DNA of 56,192 bases from an uncultured cyanobacterium (GCA_963807635.1 CAWEDJ010000010.1:1-56192), one strand, 5' to 3'. Shown: positions 21,751 to 32,325, counted from the stretch's first letter. Notes: generated by a model not told the origin, from the sequence alone. Made by a program: numbers and translations.

Positions 21751-22722
21751 ATGAAAATAAGAATAAAAAACTCTGGTTTAAGCCAAAATTTTAGGTTAGG
21801 CTTGTTAGGATTTGTCACGGTAATGATCGTGATCGCGTTCTTTGCTTCTTCATCCCCAGCAAACAATATCGGTCATTTAGAGACAAACCGTAATTTACCC
21901 GATCTCAGTGGTTTAGCCTGGTTAAAAGAGGATAGCTTTTTAGCCGTTCATGACAGTAAAAATTTAGATTCTAATCAACCCAGAGTTAGCCTAATTACCT
22001 TGCCCCAATCCGCCAAAGGTCTGTCATGGCAACCCCTGACCATTGACTGGGACGCTGTTGGGGGAATCGCAATGGATTTGGAAAGTATTACCCCCATTCC
22101 CGACACTAATTTATTTATTCTAGCCGAAAGTAGCAATTATCAAAAACATCGGGGTCGTTTATTTTTAATGAAATTTGAAAACTCAGACTTAAAACCGATC
22201 GCCATTACAGATTGGCCCCAAAATATTATTAATATAGAAGCGATCGCCACCACAAAATTAAATAATCAATTCTATTTCTTCTATGCAGAAAGGGGAGCCG
22301 ATCAACCGAGTACCAATATTTGCTGGACAACTCTTTCGGTAGAACCTTTTAGCATTGGTGATTGCCACGCAACTAGCTTTAGTACAGCCGATCCAACTCC
22401 CCATATTCGCCAGATTTCTGACCTCGTGATCGATGCGTCAGGAACTATTTATATTTCCTCAGCCTTTGACCCCAATCAAGACAATGGCCCTTTTAAAAGT
22501 TCTGTCTGGAAAATCGGCAAAGTTGAATTAGACCAGACTAATTTACCTCAGATAAACCTGGTTCCAGAAAATCAGGCGATCGCCGAGATTGACGGATTCA
22601 AAGTCGAAAGTTTAGCCCTTCGTCCGAGCCAAAATCAGAAACCAGAAATTTTTATCGGAACCGATGACGAAAACTATGGAGGCACGATTCGCTTATTGCC
22701 GCCCGTTGATATTATTCATTAA
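21751..22722 (+). CDS. Secreted/anchored putative beta-propeller protein
   Basis: N-terminal TM; repeated acidic blade motifs DLSGL, DLESI, NIEAI, ISDL and KVESL; GTDDENYGG. Confidence 0.6.
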   Translation: MKIRIKNSGLSQNFRLGLLGFVTVMIVIAFFASSSPANNIGHLETNRNLPDLSGLAWLKEDSFLAVHDSKNLDSNQPRVSLITLPQSAKGLSWQPLTIDWDAVGGIAMDLESITPIPDTNLFILAESSNYQKHRGRLFLMKFENSDLKPIAITDWPQNIINIEAIATTKLNNQFYFFYAERGADQPSTNICWTTLSVEPFSIGDCHATSFSTADPTPHIRQISDLVIDASGTIYISSAFDPNQDNGPFKSSVWKIGKVELDQTNLPQINLVPENQAIAEIDGFKVESLALRPSQNQKPEIFIGTDDENYGGTIRLLPPVDIIH

Positions 22723-22812
22723 ATTGTGAAATAGACTGAGAGTGTTTTAAAAATAGGATCAACAGATTTGGAACATCACCCCCAACTCTGACATAGCCGT
22801 AAAAATAAATGT

Positions 22813-22858
22813 AAAAAAGTCGCACGTCCCAAAATTTAGAGCAAGGGACGGAGGCGAC
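22813..22858 (-). terminator. Putative intrinsic terminator of rpiA
   Basis: GTCGC-a-CGTCCC ... GGGACG-gag-GCGAC stem with an adjacent A6 (T-tract on the minus strand), between convergent genes. Confidence 0.55.
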
Positions 22859-22885
22859 ATCAGGCTTATTTTTTCAAAAGGATGC

Positions 22886-23596
22886 TTAAAATTCACGAAC
22901 GGAGGGCTTACCGTCAATGATTTCGCCGACTAATACTAAATCTGTCACTCCGACAAACAATCCATTCTCTAAGACCCCTGGTAGATTATTAATCGTTTTT
23001 TCTAATTCCGCAGGATTCGCGATCGCCTCAAACTTGACATCAATCACCAAATTTCCCTGATCCGTCACAACGGGGCCTGCTTTTCTGATTCCCATCCGCA
23101 ATTCTGGCGTACCCCCTAATTTTGTTAAAGCCCGCATCACAGGATGAACTGCCATCGGAATAACTTCAACGGGTAATAAAAAAGTTGAACCTAATTTTTC
23201 AACTAACTTACCGCTATCGACAACCACCAAAAAGAAATCAGCCAAGGCATCGACAATCTTTTCACGAGTATGGGCCGCTCCGCCCCCTTTGATTAAATTT
23301 TTCTGAGGATCAACCTCATCCGCACCATCGATCGCGATATCAATATGATCAATAACATCCAAGGTCGTCAAAGGAATCCCATACTGGCGGGCCAACACTT
23401 CCGCCTGAAAGGAAGTAGGAACTCCCACAACATTGGTTAATTCCCCCTTTTGTAATCGTTCACCGATGTATTGCAGAGCAAAAGCCGTTGTAGAACCTGT
23501 TCCTAATCCGACAATAGAATTCGATTGCACCCGATTAGCGGCAGCTTTACCCACTTCCTGCTTCATCAATACAACTGGATCAGTTATTTCCGTCAT
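22886..23596 (-). CDS. rpiA: Ribose-5-phosphate isomerase A
   Basis: [29 protein letters not shown] and PGVLENGLF. Confidence 0.97.
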   Translation of the reverse strand: MTEITDPVVLMKQEVGKAAANRVQSNSIVGLGTGSTTAFALQYIGERLQKGELTNVVGVPTSFQAEVLARQYGIPLTTLDVIDHIDIAIDGADEVDPQKNLIKGGGAAHTREKIVDALADFFLVVVDSGKLVEKLGSTFLLPVEVIPMAVHPVMRALTKLGGTPELRMGIRKAGPVVTDQGNLVIDVKFEAIANPAELEKTINNLPGVLENGLFVGVTDLVLVGEIIDGKPSVREF

Positions 23597-23775
23597 TTTT
23601 TAACCTCATTGTTTTAACTGTTTTGTTTATATAGGCTTCACCAATCTCCCAACGCCGTTCACCCAGCGCAAAGACTAGCGCAACAAAAACATACCAGACA
23701 CTCCACTAATTCTGGTTAATGTTTACCATCAACTTTTTTCTAGGATTGGTTAGAGCAAAATAAATAACTCAATCC

Positions 23776-24267
23776 CTAGCTATTGGCTGCGGCCAACATT
23801 TCTTTGAGTTGGGCCAATTGATCAGCCCAACGCGGATCGGGTTGAATTCCGTCATTGGAAGCGTTACTGCTACTCGTCGTTTGAGTCCGTCCACCCCGTT
23901 TTTTGTTAGATTTTTTAGCCCCGCCTGTTTTAACGGGAGCCGCAACCGTGATTTCGGGGGAGTCTGCGATCGCATTTGCACCGTCTCCTTCACCACCCTC
24001 TTTTTCTTCACCCTTAGCACGAGGAAGAGCTTTTTCAATTTTGAGGGGGCTATCCATAAAGGACTGACCATTGTATTTTTCAATAAATTCATCAGCCGCT
24101 TCATCGGTGGAAACTGTGACAAAGGCAAAGCCCCGACATTTTCCCGTTTTGCGATCCTTGATCACCTTGGTCGAAACAACCGCATTAGCCTCTGCAAAAA
24201 TTTCTTGCAATGCTTCCCGTTCAATGGGTTCCTTGGGCAAATTGCCGACATATAAGCGAATGGACAT
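23776..24267 (-). CDS. rbp3: RRM RNA-binding protein, Rbp3 type
   Basis: MSIRLYVGNLP, RNP1 CRGFAFV, IEKALPR and C-terminal QPDPRWA..L..LK; GGAGG RBS before the ATG at 24267. Confidence 0.88.
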   Translation of the reverse strand: MSIRLYVGNLPKEPIEREALQEIFAEANAVVSTKVIKDRKTGKCRGFAFVTVSTDEAADEFIEKYNGQSFMDSPLKIEKALPRAKGEEKEGGEGDGANAIADSPEITVAAPVKTGGAKKSNKKRGGRTQTTSSSNASNDGIQPDPRWADQLAQLKEMLAAANS

Positions 24268-24812
24268 AATCTTAGATACCTCCAAAGATATTAAAAATGA
24301 GTAAAAAACTTGATGGGATCAATTCAAAGGAAATTCCTGCCCACAGAAAAAGAAGGGCTAAGCCAGTATCTATCTCGCCTAGACGCACTTCTTCATTTCC
24401 CCAAGGGTCACGATTTTTAGTGATAGCGGCTCTTGCCGTCAAAATACACATTCCTCTAACAATACAAATTAGTGAGAATTTGTTTTAGATCAGACTTGGA
24501 TTCTCTATCCTCCCTGCCTAAAATAACTCTACTATTTTGATGCCTTATTAGATTATTACAGATGGTTTATCCCATTCGTCAAATAATTGGTAGAAATTTC
24601 TAAATTTTCATCCAACCGCCAGGATAAATAGGTATATTTACTCAGACGTTTTGTTCGTGTTGAGCATTTTTTCTTAAAAAGACTTGTTAAAACAGATGCC
24701 ATGTGCATTGCTCTTTGCCTCAACGGGAATCCGAGGAAGAAACCCTTGAGCGGGAAACCCTATCCCCACTAAAGAGCCTGAAAACACGAATTGATCACCT
24801 TGTCAAACTTTT

Positions 24813-24840
24813 GTTATAATGTGTTACATTTAGTTACATT
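24813..24840 (+). promoter_or_regulatory. HLR1 (RpaB-binding) element overlapping the -10 box of the nblA promoter
   Basis: GTTATAAT-gt-GTTACATT-ta-GTTACATT matches the HLR1 (G/T)TTACA(T/A)(T/A)-N2 direct repeat. TATAAT at 24815-24820, TTGATC 18 bp upstream, AAGGAG RBS downstream. Confidence 0.82.
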
Positions 24841-24861
24841 CAAGTAAGGAGACTGTTTTAA

Positions 24862-25050
24862 ATGGAATCTACTTCGTTCGATCTGACCTTAGAGCAACAA
24901 TTTGAAATTCGACAAATGCGTGATGCGGCTTTACAGATGAGTCGGGAACAGGCTCTTGAACTTCTGTTGCAAGCTTCTCGTCTGTTGATGATCAAAACCA
25001 ATGTCATGCGAAATTTAATGACCCAATGTCCTTTAGAGCCACTATTGTAA
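24862..25050 (+). CDS. nblA1: Phycobilisome degradation protein NblA1
   Basis: SFDLTLEQQFE...MSREQALELL.Q..RLLMIK.NVMR.L. Confidence 0.9.
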   Translation: MESTSFDLTLEQQFEIRQMRDAALQMSREQALELLLQASRLLMIKTNVMRNLMTQCPLEPLL

Positions 25051-25062
25051 GGAGATACCGCC

Positions 25063-25242
25063 ATGATGAATGCGAAATCATTTGAATTGTCCCTAGAGCA
25101 GCAATTTCAGCTCCAATGTTTACAGCAAGAGTTTCACGACTTGGATCACGATGCAGTTATCGGTCATTTATTGGATGCCATGCAGCAGTTAATGGTGCGC
25201 GATAATTTAATCCGCGACTTAATGAGAAAGGCACCTATTTAA
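25063..25242 (+). CDS. nblA2: Phycobilisome degradation protein NblA2 (59 aa, not in ORF track)
   Basis: MMNAKSFELSLEQQFQLQCLQQEFHDLDHDAVIGHLLDAMQQLMVRDNLIRDLMRKAPI*; AAGGAG RBS; tandem with nblA1. Confidence 0.88.
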   Translation: MMNAKSFELSLEQQFQLQCLQQEFHDLDHDAVIGHLLDAMQQLMVRDNLIRDLMRKAPI

Positions 25243-25480
25243 TGAATACTAAAGAATACGGACTATCTCCATCTCCTGTCAAGCTTCTTAATTCGTTAGT
25301 ACCAGACAGAAGAGTGACAGGGGGTGCGGGGGTATCGCCCTTTCTTTTAGATTTTTTGTTGGTTAACCATCATTCATGACGCTAAGAAAAAAGGCGATCG
25401 CGCATCAACAAAGATAGAAATCTGTTCGTCTTGGGGAGTAGATATAATAGAAAGGGAGTTATTATGGGTTTTTTAAGGTC

Positions 25481-26356
25481 ATGTTTCAACACTGTCTCAT
25501 CTGTACGGACTTTAATGATGGATTGCAGCGTTTAGTCAATTTTATCCCCGATTTAGCTAAAGGTGGTTTTAAACGGATCATCTTTTTACACACTGTTTCT
25601 GTTTGGGAAGATGAAAGAGTTGCCCGCGTCGATGAACAAAAGGTGATTGAAGCTGAAAAATATTTCGCGTCTATCCTGAAAGAAATTCCTGATGGTATTG
25701 AAGTAAAAACTGAAGTTACCACTGTCCGCTACCTCGACACAATTTTAAAACTGGTTCAGACCTATGCCATTGATGTGATCCTTCTGGGAACGCCTCTAAA
25801 AAGTAATGTGGAAGCAAAATTTTTGGGGAGCCATACCTTGGAGTTATCTAAGAGGACGAAAATTCCCTTGATGATTTTACGTCCCCAGTTGATTTCGACC
25901 TATACCAATGAAGAATTGTCCCTGCGTTGTCAACATCTATTTCGCTATCTGTTGCTCCCCTACGATGATAGCCCTGCCTCAAAATATTTAGTACAACAAC
26001 TCAAGCAATATGCTTTAAATCGTCCCGAAAATGTGTTTCAAGAATGTTTGTTGATTTGGGTTGTGGATGATGGTGGAAGGCAGTTAGAACTTACCCAATA
26101 CCGTTTAGAAGAGGCTGAAAGAAAGTTAGATGAGGTCAAGCAGGAGTTAGAAAAACTCAGTATTTCGGTTCATACTCAAGTTTGTCAGGGCAACCCGATC
26201 AGTGAAGTCTTAAAACTCGCGGTTGATTTTGATGTTTCTGCGATCGCAACCTCTAACTATCGCGGCAACTTTTTAGAGTGGACAGTCTCTAGTACCGCAG
26301 AAAATCTTTTAGAGCGGAGCTGGTTTCCTATGCTCTTTTTTTCCGCCAAATCCTAA
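25481..26356 (+). CDS. Universal stress protein (tandem USP domains)
   Basis: MFQHCLICTDF.DGL, FLGSHT..L..RT.IP.MILRP, and a second domain LLLPYDDS...QGNP..E. Confidence 0.85.
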   Translation: MFQHCLICTDFNDGLQRLVNFIPDLAKGGFKRIIFLHTVSVWEDERVARVDEQKVIEAEKYFASILKEIPDGIEVKTEVTTVRYLDTILKLVQTYAIDVILLGTPLKSNVEAKFLGSHTLELSKRTKIPLMILRPQLISTYTNEELSLRCQHLFRYLLLPYDDSPASKYLVQQLKQYALNRPENVFQECLLIWVVDDGGRQLELTQYRLEEAERKLDEVKQELEKLSISVHTQVCQGNPISEVLKLAVDFDVSAIATSNYRGNFLEWTVSSTAENLLERSWFPMLFFSAKS

Positions 26357-26398
26357 TATGCCTCAGTTTTCCTCCCCGATATTTTAACCAGATTTAGG

Positions 26399-27853
26399 TT
26401 AGCGACGAAGATTAGCCGTATTCCTGCCCATGATCGGCCCCCTTCTCGTGCGGCTGGTTGGACTTCGCTTAACTTTTGTCGGTAATTTTGTTTTGTGTGA
26501 GGCTAAAGGAGAATCGCTCAAATTTTCGGCTGGCTTGATTACCAAGCCCGAAAGACCCCCGCAAATCAAAGGAAAAGTGGGATTAAAACCCACATTTAAC
26601 AAGCTGTCCATAAAGAAAAGAACTAAGCTGACCGACAGAGCCGCCGCAGGCCCCACCTTGGGATTAAGCCAAGTTTTCGCTGGATAACGAAAAACAGCAA
26701 ATATAAAAACAGGATTCAGGAGAGCCACGGTAAAAGTGACTAGGCCATAGATACCATTAACGCCAAAAACAATAATCCAATAACTATCAGTTATTGATAC
26801 ATCAACTAAATCACCCTTCCAATCGTAATCATAAACACGATTCCGCCCAAATCCGCCCCAACCAAAAAGGGGTCTTTCCTGGACCTTCGCTCTTAAGAGT
26901 TCCTCATTTGCAAAACGAAATTGGAGCGATTCGGCTCTTTCGGGGCTATAGTTCTTCGCTAACCAATCTGATACTGCTGCCCCACTAAAAGCACCGATGA
27001 TTCCTAAATAAAGATAATAAACACACAAGAACATCAAAAGTATGAGGGGAAAATTCAGACGAGTCCATTTAGCAACAAAAAGGATCACTAATCCATAAAT
27101 GAGATAGCCATAGGCTCCCGACGATTTGAGCAAAACAAATGTCACGGCCAAAACACCAACCCAAAAGATCATTGGTTTTCCCCATAGTTCGCTAATTGTC
27201 TTGCTTTGCCATAACCAAACGGCAATCAGCGTCACAGTGGTCATAAACATGGCTAAAACTAATCCATGGGACATAAAAACATTGGGTCTGTATCCTCCTA
27301 AACGAATGGATTGTCCAATACCAGACGGGTGGGCATAATAGCCATAAACCATGTTATGGATTTGAGGACTCATTCTGATTTCATAGAGACATAGAGGGAC
27401 ATAGATTAATCCTCCTTTTAAGATGACAATGGCTAGTTCCTTGAGTCCAGAGAGATTATTGAGATAAAGACGACCTAAAAAATAGGGTAATCCCCAGACT
27501 GCACTTTGTTCTAGGACAGCATTGAAGCCATCATAGGCTCCTAAATCATTGGTTAGGGAGGATAGCATCGGGCAGGTACACCAAAGTACCATCGGTATAT
27601 CGATCCACGACCATTTAAATTGGTTAATTTTTGCATAGTCATAGATTAAAGTTCCTATCATAATCCCATAACAGGTTGCCACCATTCCTGCATAATCGGG
27701 GATTAAAGGAAGCTTAAAGCCAGCCCGTTGGGGTAAAAAGAGTAATCCTCCAACGAATGACAGAATAATGGCTTTTTGGGAAGAATATCGGGTAAATAGG
27801 TATAGGGTAAAGGGTAGCCAGAGGAGCATGGCTATTTGGGCTTGGGGAGTCAT
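26399..27853 (-). CDS. O-antigen ligase/Wzy-like membrane protein
   Basis: Multi-TM; YEIRMSPQ.H..VYG, R.ESLQFRF.NE, RPLFGWGG and TDS.WII. Confidence 0.8.
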   Translation of the reverse strand: MTPQAQIAMLLWLPFTLYLFTRYSSQKAIILSFVGGLLFLPQRAGFKLPLIPDYAGMVATCYGIMIGTLIYDYAKINQFKWSWIDIPMVLWCTCPMLSSLTNDLGAYDGFNAVLEQSAVWGLPYFLGRLYLNNLSGLKELAIVILKGGLIYVPLCLYEIRMSPQIHNMVYGYYAHPSGIGQSIRLGGYRPNVFMSHGLVLAMFMTTVTLIAVWLWQSKTISELWGKPMIFWVGVLAVTFVLLKSSGAYGYLIYGLVILFVAKWTRLNFPLILLMFLCVYYLYLGIIGAFSGAAVSDWLAKNYSPERAESLQFRFANEELLRAKVQERPLFGWGGFGRNRVYDYDWKGDLVDVSITDSYWIIVFGVNGIYGLVTFTVALLNPVFIFAVFRYPAKTWLNPKVGPAAALSVSLVLFFMDSLLNVGFNPTFPLICGGLSGLVIKPAENLSDSPLASHKTKLPTKVKRSPTSRTRRGPIMGRNTANLRR

Positions 27854-28070
27854 TCTTTTAAAGAGTTATGAATTAAAATATTGGAAGTTACCATAAGCCC
27901 GATCGCATTCCTAAAAATATCGAGTGATCTCTATTGAAGCTTTGGCATACCATGATATTCGCAAATCAAAGAAATGGGGAATTGTACCTGATTTTTCCTC
28001 AAGCCTAAAGGCGATCGCTGGGTAATAGCTTGGATAAAATCAGCGAGGGTAATTTTTAAATCATGAGGAA

Positions 28071-28895
28071 TCAATTAATAGAAATATTTAGGATATTGCG
28101 TCCTCGATCTCTGATTTCTATACGCCGCTCCCTGGGAATAGCAAAGTAATTTGTGGTTCTTCTGGGATAAAGATGACCTTCAAGAAATCCTTCCTTAGAA
28201 ATTCCAGGATCATCATGAGCTAAACGATTAGGTATCATAATAACATAGTTATTGGAGTTAAAAAAGTCGTAGAGTTCTTCTTTTTTATCGCCAAAATCGT
28301 TATCCACTTGTACCACACTTTCAAACATAATTGTTGGACGATTTTTCTGGAGAATTCTTATCGCTCCTCGGAGGACATTTAGCTCCGCGCCTTCAACATC
28401 AATTTTAATAACATCAACATCGTTTGATGACACTAGATCATCTAGTTTTTTGATAGGAACAGTGATTTCAATTATTTCTCCTACTTGGGAACTAGCAACC
28501 TTACTCAGTGAGCTATACCCAGATTCTTTGATATTGACAAAAAATGGGACTTGCCCTGAAAAATTTCCAAGAGCGCAATGATGAATTTCAATAGATGGAA
28601 ACCTTCGTTTTAATGAATCGACTTTAGCGGGAATTGGTTCAATGGCAACGATTTTTATTGAAGGATCAATATACAATACTTCCGAGAGAATAGAGCCAAT
28701 ATGCGCTCCAATATCAATAAAGGTTTTGTTCGATTGACAAATTCTGGTGATCAGAACATTGGCTAATTGATCATTAACTTCTTTCCCGACTCTCTCTGGG
28801 TGGAAATAGGCGGTATGAATTAGATGAAATTTGTCCCTTAAAAAAAACGCAATTCTACCTATCGGATTACCCAACAGTTTTTCTTTCATAATCAA
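28071..28895 (-). CDS. FkbM-family methyltransferase
   Basis: FIDIGAHIG, AIEP, IKIDVEGAE.NVL.GA and RPTIMFE. Confidence 0.9.
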   Translation of the reverse strand: MIMKEKLLGNPIGRIAFFLRDKFHLIHTAYFHPERVGKEVNDQLANVLITRICQSNKTFIDIGAHIGSILSEVLYIDPSIKIVAIEPIPAKVDSLKRRFPSIEIHHCALGNFSGQVPFFVNIKESGYSSLSKVASSQVGEIIEITVPIKKLDDLVSSNDVDVIKIDVEGAELNVLRGAIRILQKNRPTIMFESVVQVDNDFGDKKEELYDFFNSNNYVIMIPNRLAHDDPGISKEGFLEGHLYPRRTTNYFAIPRERRIEIRDRGRNILNISIN

Positions 28896-29090
28896 ACGCA
28901 GTTTGCAGGAAAATGAATTATTAACAATAAATCAACTCAGATCAGTTCTAACGGTCAATATACAAGCTTTTTTCTTAAAATGATCATACTTTTAGATTTT
29001 TACTCTAAACGTTAGGAGTCTGCGATCGCTATTTTAAATAGACGAGTCCTTCTACAATGTTGTTAATATTTGCTCTATAAAGCGATCGCA

Positions 29091-30335
29091 ATGCAACCCG
29101 TTGATATCTTAATCCTATCCAATGGCCCTGGCGAAATAACGACTTGGGTTCGTCCTGTGGTGAAATCTCTACGGCAATTATTAGGGGATAATTCGGCTGA
29201 GGTCAGAATTTCCGTGATGTTGTCCCCCTGTCCCCACGCAACGGGCAAGGAAGCCACGATCGCCGCTAGTTATGTGGAAGTGGATCGGGTACAAAGTAGT
29301 GAACATTTTATGAATTTTCTGATTTGGGGCAAAACGGCGCAGTCCTGGGATTGGAGAAAAAAAGGAGTCGTTTTATTTTTGGGTGGCGATCAAGTTTTTC
29401 CGTTGATTATTGGCAAAAGATTACAGTATCGCACGGTAATTTATGCAGAATGGGAAGCCCGTTGGTATCGTTGGATTGATGCCTTTGCGGTGATGAATGA
29501 ACAGGTGCGTGAAAAAGTTGTAGCTAGTTATCAAGAAAAAATGACCGTCACAGGGGACTTGATGGCGGATTTTCAGCAAATTAATCTTTCAAACAGTCAG
29601 ACGGAGCCGATTATTGGGATTTTACCTGGCTCTAAGGCGGGAAAATTGGCCCAGGGTGTGCCTTTTTGTTTGGCGATCGCGGAAAAAATTCATCAGCAAA
29701 GACCTCAAACCCGTTTTATTTTACCCGTTGCCCCGACCTTGGATTTGCAGACTTTAGCAAGTTTTGCTGATCCTAAAATTAATGCTTTAGTGGAAAAAAT
29801 GGGCGGAGTCAGTGGCAAATTAATTGTGGGGCAAGAGCCAATCATTCAAACCTCTGGTGGCTTAAGGATTGAATTAGTCACGGAATTTCCCGCTAAAGAG
29901 ATTATGAGTCAATTTTCTGTTGCACTCACCACCGTTGGCGCAAATACTGCCGAATTAGGGGCTTTAGTAGTCCCCATGATTGTGTTATTACCCACTCAAC
30001 AATTGGATGCCATGCGTTCCTGGGATGGATTACCTGGGGTGTTAGCCCGTTTACCCTTCGTGGGAACCGTTTTTGCTAGGATAATTAACGGTTGGATGAT
30101 TAAACAAAAGCGTCTCTATGCCTGGCACAACATTTGGGCAAAATCTGAAATCGTGCCTGAATTAGTCGGACAATTAACCCCTGAAGAGGTTGCCGTTAGG
30201 GTTTTAGATTGGCTCGAACATCCTGAAAAACTTGCCCGAATCCGCGATCGCCTCAAACAAGTTCGAGGTAAACCAGGAGCCGCCCGGGCCATCGCCCACC
30301 TCGTCCAGCAACAATTAATTAAGAATGATCAATAA
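29091..30335 (+). CDS. Lipid-A-disaccharide synthase-related glycosyltransferase (cyanobacterial LpxB-like)
   Basis: DILILSNGPGE..TWVRP, LGGDQ, LPGSK and TTVGANTAELGAL. Confidence 0.8.
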   Translation: MQPVDILILSNGPGEITTWVRPVVKSLRQLLGDNSAEVRISVMLSPCPHATGKEATIAASYVEVDRVQSSEHFMNFLIWGKTAQSWDWRKKGVVLFLGGDQVFPLIIGKRLQYRTVIYAEWEARWYRWIDAFAVMNEQVREKVVASYQEKMTVTGDLMADFQQINLSNSQTEPIIGILPGSKAGKLAQGVPFCLAIAEKIHQQRPQTRFILPVAPTLDLQTLASFADPKINALVEKMGGVSGKLIVGQEPIIQTSGGLRIELVTEFPAKEIMSQFSVALTTVGANTAELGALVVPMIVLLPTQQLDAMRSWDGLPGVLARLPFVGTVFARIINGWMIKQKRLYAWHNIWAKSEIVPELVGQLTPEEVAVRVLDWLEHPEKLARIRDRLKQVRGKPGAARAIAHLVQQQLIKNDQ

Positions 30336-30483
30336 CTATAAGTTACAGATAAGAAAAGCAAAGCAAATCCCGACGTGATCGCCAAAAATTTAAGACCAAT
30401 AAGCCAGGGGGAGAACCTGCAATGCTAAGATACCTCAAGAATAATGCCTCCTAACCAGCTAATCAAAACCCTATAAACGCTCC

Positions 30484-31169
30484 ATGCCCTACTCAATGAA
30501 TCATCTCCTTTCTTTTGGGAAATTTGCCAGTCTTCCTCTAATCCTTGTTTTCTCGACGACCTTGCCGAGTCAGTCCCAAACCCCTAGAAGTAATCACCTC
30601 ATTGCCCAAACGAAACCCCAGACTAAACCCCAAGCCCAACCGCCCCTCCCTCAACCCTCAGATCTCAATGGAGAGGAAAATGCCGATCCCAATGATTTAC
30701 GTCCCTTGAACCAATCAGAAAGTTTACTCAGTCAGCAGGGGGTCAACGCTTGATGAATGAAGCAACCCAAGCGATTAATGCTGAAAAATATGATGTTGCG
30801 ATCGATAAATTACAACAGGCCCGCAAAATTTTTAACCAACTGTCCAATTTCCATTTACAGTTAGCCAACAGTTTTTCAGGAATTGACCCTAAAGTTTTTG
30901 AGTCGGAACGAAATCAAGCCCTAGAGACAGGACAGGTGCGGGATGATGCTACGTATAAACTCGCCCTAGTGCATCGTGCTAAAAATCAACCTGAATTGGC
31001 CGTTCCCTTATTGATTCAGATTATTCGTTCCCAAAATCCGACCACCGAGCTAGGCCGTAAATCCTATCAACAACTATATGAATTGGGCTTTGCCAATGTT
31101 CCCTTTGCACCCGCTGCTCCCAGTACATCCCCCCAAGCCCCTGTCACTCAACCCCCTGCCAATAAATAA
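30484..31169 (+). CDS. Conserved secreted TPR-like protein; apparent frameshift at the G-run ~30740
   Basis: Signal and Pro-rich start joins the ORF with A..KLQ.AR..FNQLSNFH.QLA.SFSGID...ALVHRA.NQPELAVPLLIQIIRSQ.PT. Confidence 0.7.
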
Positions 31170-31306
31170 TCCGCCCCTAGTATGAAAATTTCAGGTCTCA
31201 CAATCAGCGTTTGAATCTGAGGCTTCATCTGAATCATCGGCGGTTTGACCTCCCCAAGATCGGTCACAATAGTTCTAATCGTCCCTTTTTCTCATCCCTT
31301 TTATTT

Positions 31307-31568
31307 ATGCTTACACTGACTCAAGTAGAAAATATGATCAAGTCTCAACTGCCTGACGCAGAAGTGATTGTCAGCGATCTAACGGGCGGGGGAGATCATT
31401 TGCAAAGCCGTCGTTATTTCTTCGGCATTCGTCGGTCAAAGCTCTGTCAAACAACATCAAATGGTCTATGGTGCTTTAAAAGCAGAAATGAATTCTGGAG
31501 CGATTCATGCCCTCGCCCTGAAAACCTATACTCCCGAAGCCTGGGCAGAAGCAGGTCAAACCGTGTAG
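31307..31568 (+). CDS. bolA: BolA-family protein; +1 indel ~31405
   Basis: Across frames: [28 protein letters not shown] / AVVISSAF.G...[11 protein letters not shown]...[12 protein letters not shown]. Confidence 0.88.
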
Positions 31569-31646
31569 CGTTAAAATAAAAAAACAATCTTGTTGTTTAT
31601 CTCAGTTTTTTAAAGTTCTCCTAATTCATTTTCTATCTATTCAACT

Positions 31647-31974
31647 ATGACGACACCAGACATTAACACCCGTATTAAAGACCTTATTGCCCAAAATAAG
31701 GTTTTAGTTTTTATGAAAGGCTCTAAACTCATGCCCCAATGTGGCTTTTCTAATAATGTTGTGCAGATTCTCAATATGTTAGGTGTTACCTACGAAACCA
31801 TTGATGTTTTGAGTGATCCTGAAATTCGTCAAGGCATTAAAGAATATTCTAATTGGCCCGACCATTCCCCAGGTTTATGTGAACGGAGAATTTCTCGGTG
31901 GTTCTGATATTTTGATTGATCTTTATCAAAAGGGTGAACTTCAGGAAAAGATCGAAGTGGCGATCGCGTCCTAA
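31647..31974 (+). CDS. grxD: Monothiol glutaredoxin Grx4; +1 indel ~31858
   Basis: [25 protein letters not shown] / [17 protein letters not shown]. Confidence 0.92.
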
Positions 31975-31994
31975 ATTTTTTGAGTACCAAAAAC

Positions 31995-32038
31995 AAAAGG
32001 GTAGTTCACCTAGTTCACCCCAGGAAAGCTACCCTTTT
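31995..32038. terminator. Bidirectional hairpin terminator between convergent genes
   Basis: AAAAGGGTAG ... CTACCCTTTT inverted repeat. Confidence 0.65.
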
Positions 32039-32067
32039 TCTATTTTGTGAGCGGGTGTCGAAAATAG

Positions 32068-32325
32068 TTAGCGGTAATCGTAATCCACTTGGGTTTGTAA
32101 CTGGTACAAATCCTCAAAATTAGAGGGATCTCTCAGAAAAGAATAGACCTCCTCTTCAAGACGATGAATGAGATAAGCTTCGATGGTGTTGCTGTGGCGC
32201 AGGGAGGCTAGGTAGCCTTCGACGTATATACGGATTTCCTCCATACGACTGCGACGATGCCATAAATCCACCATAGCATCGGTTAGCTTTTGGTAATAAC
32301 GAATTGTTTGGGTATCTTGTAGCAT
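32068..32325 (-). CDS. DUF6761-family protein
   Basis: MLQDTQTIRYYQKLTDA.V.LW.R...IHRLEEE...FL.DPSNF. Confidence 0.75.
   Translation of the reverse strand: MLQDTQTIRYYQKLTDAMVDLWHRRSRMEEIRIYVEGYLASLRHSNTIEAYLIHRLEEEVYSFLRDPSNFEDLYQLQTQVDYDYR

Noticed and set aside
24297..24488. 63 aa plus-strand ORF upstream of rbp3
   Set aside because: No motif or RBS. It is better explained as the antisense of the rbp3 leader region.
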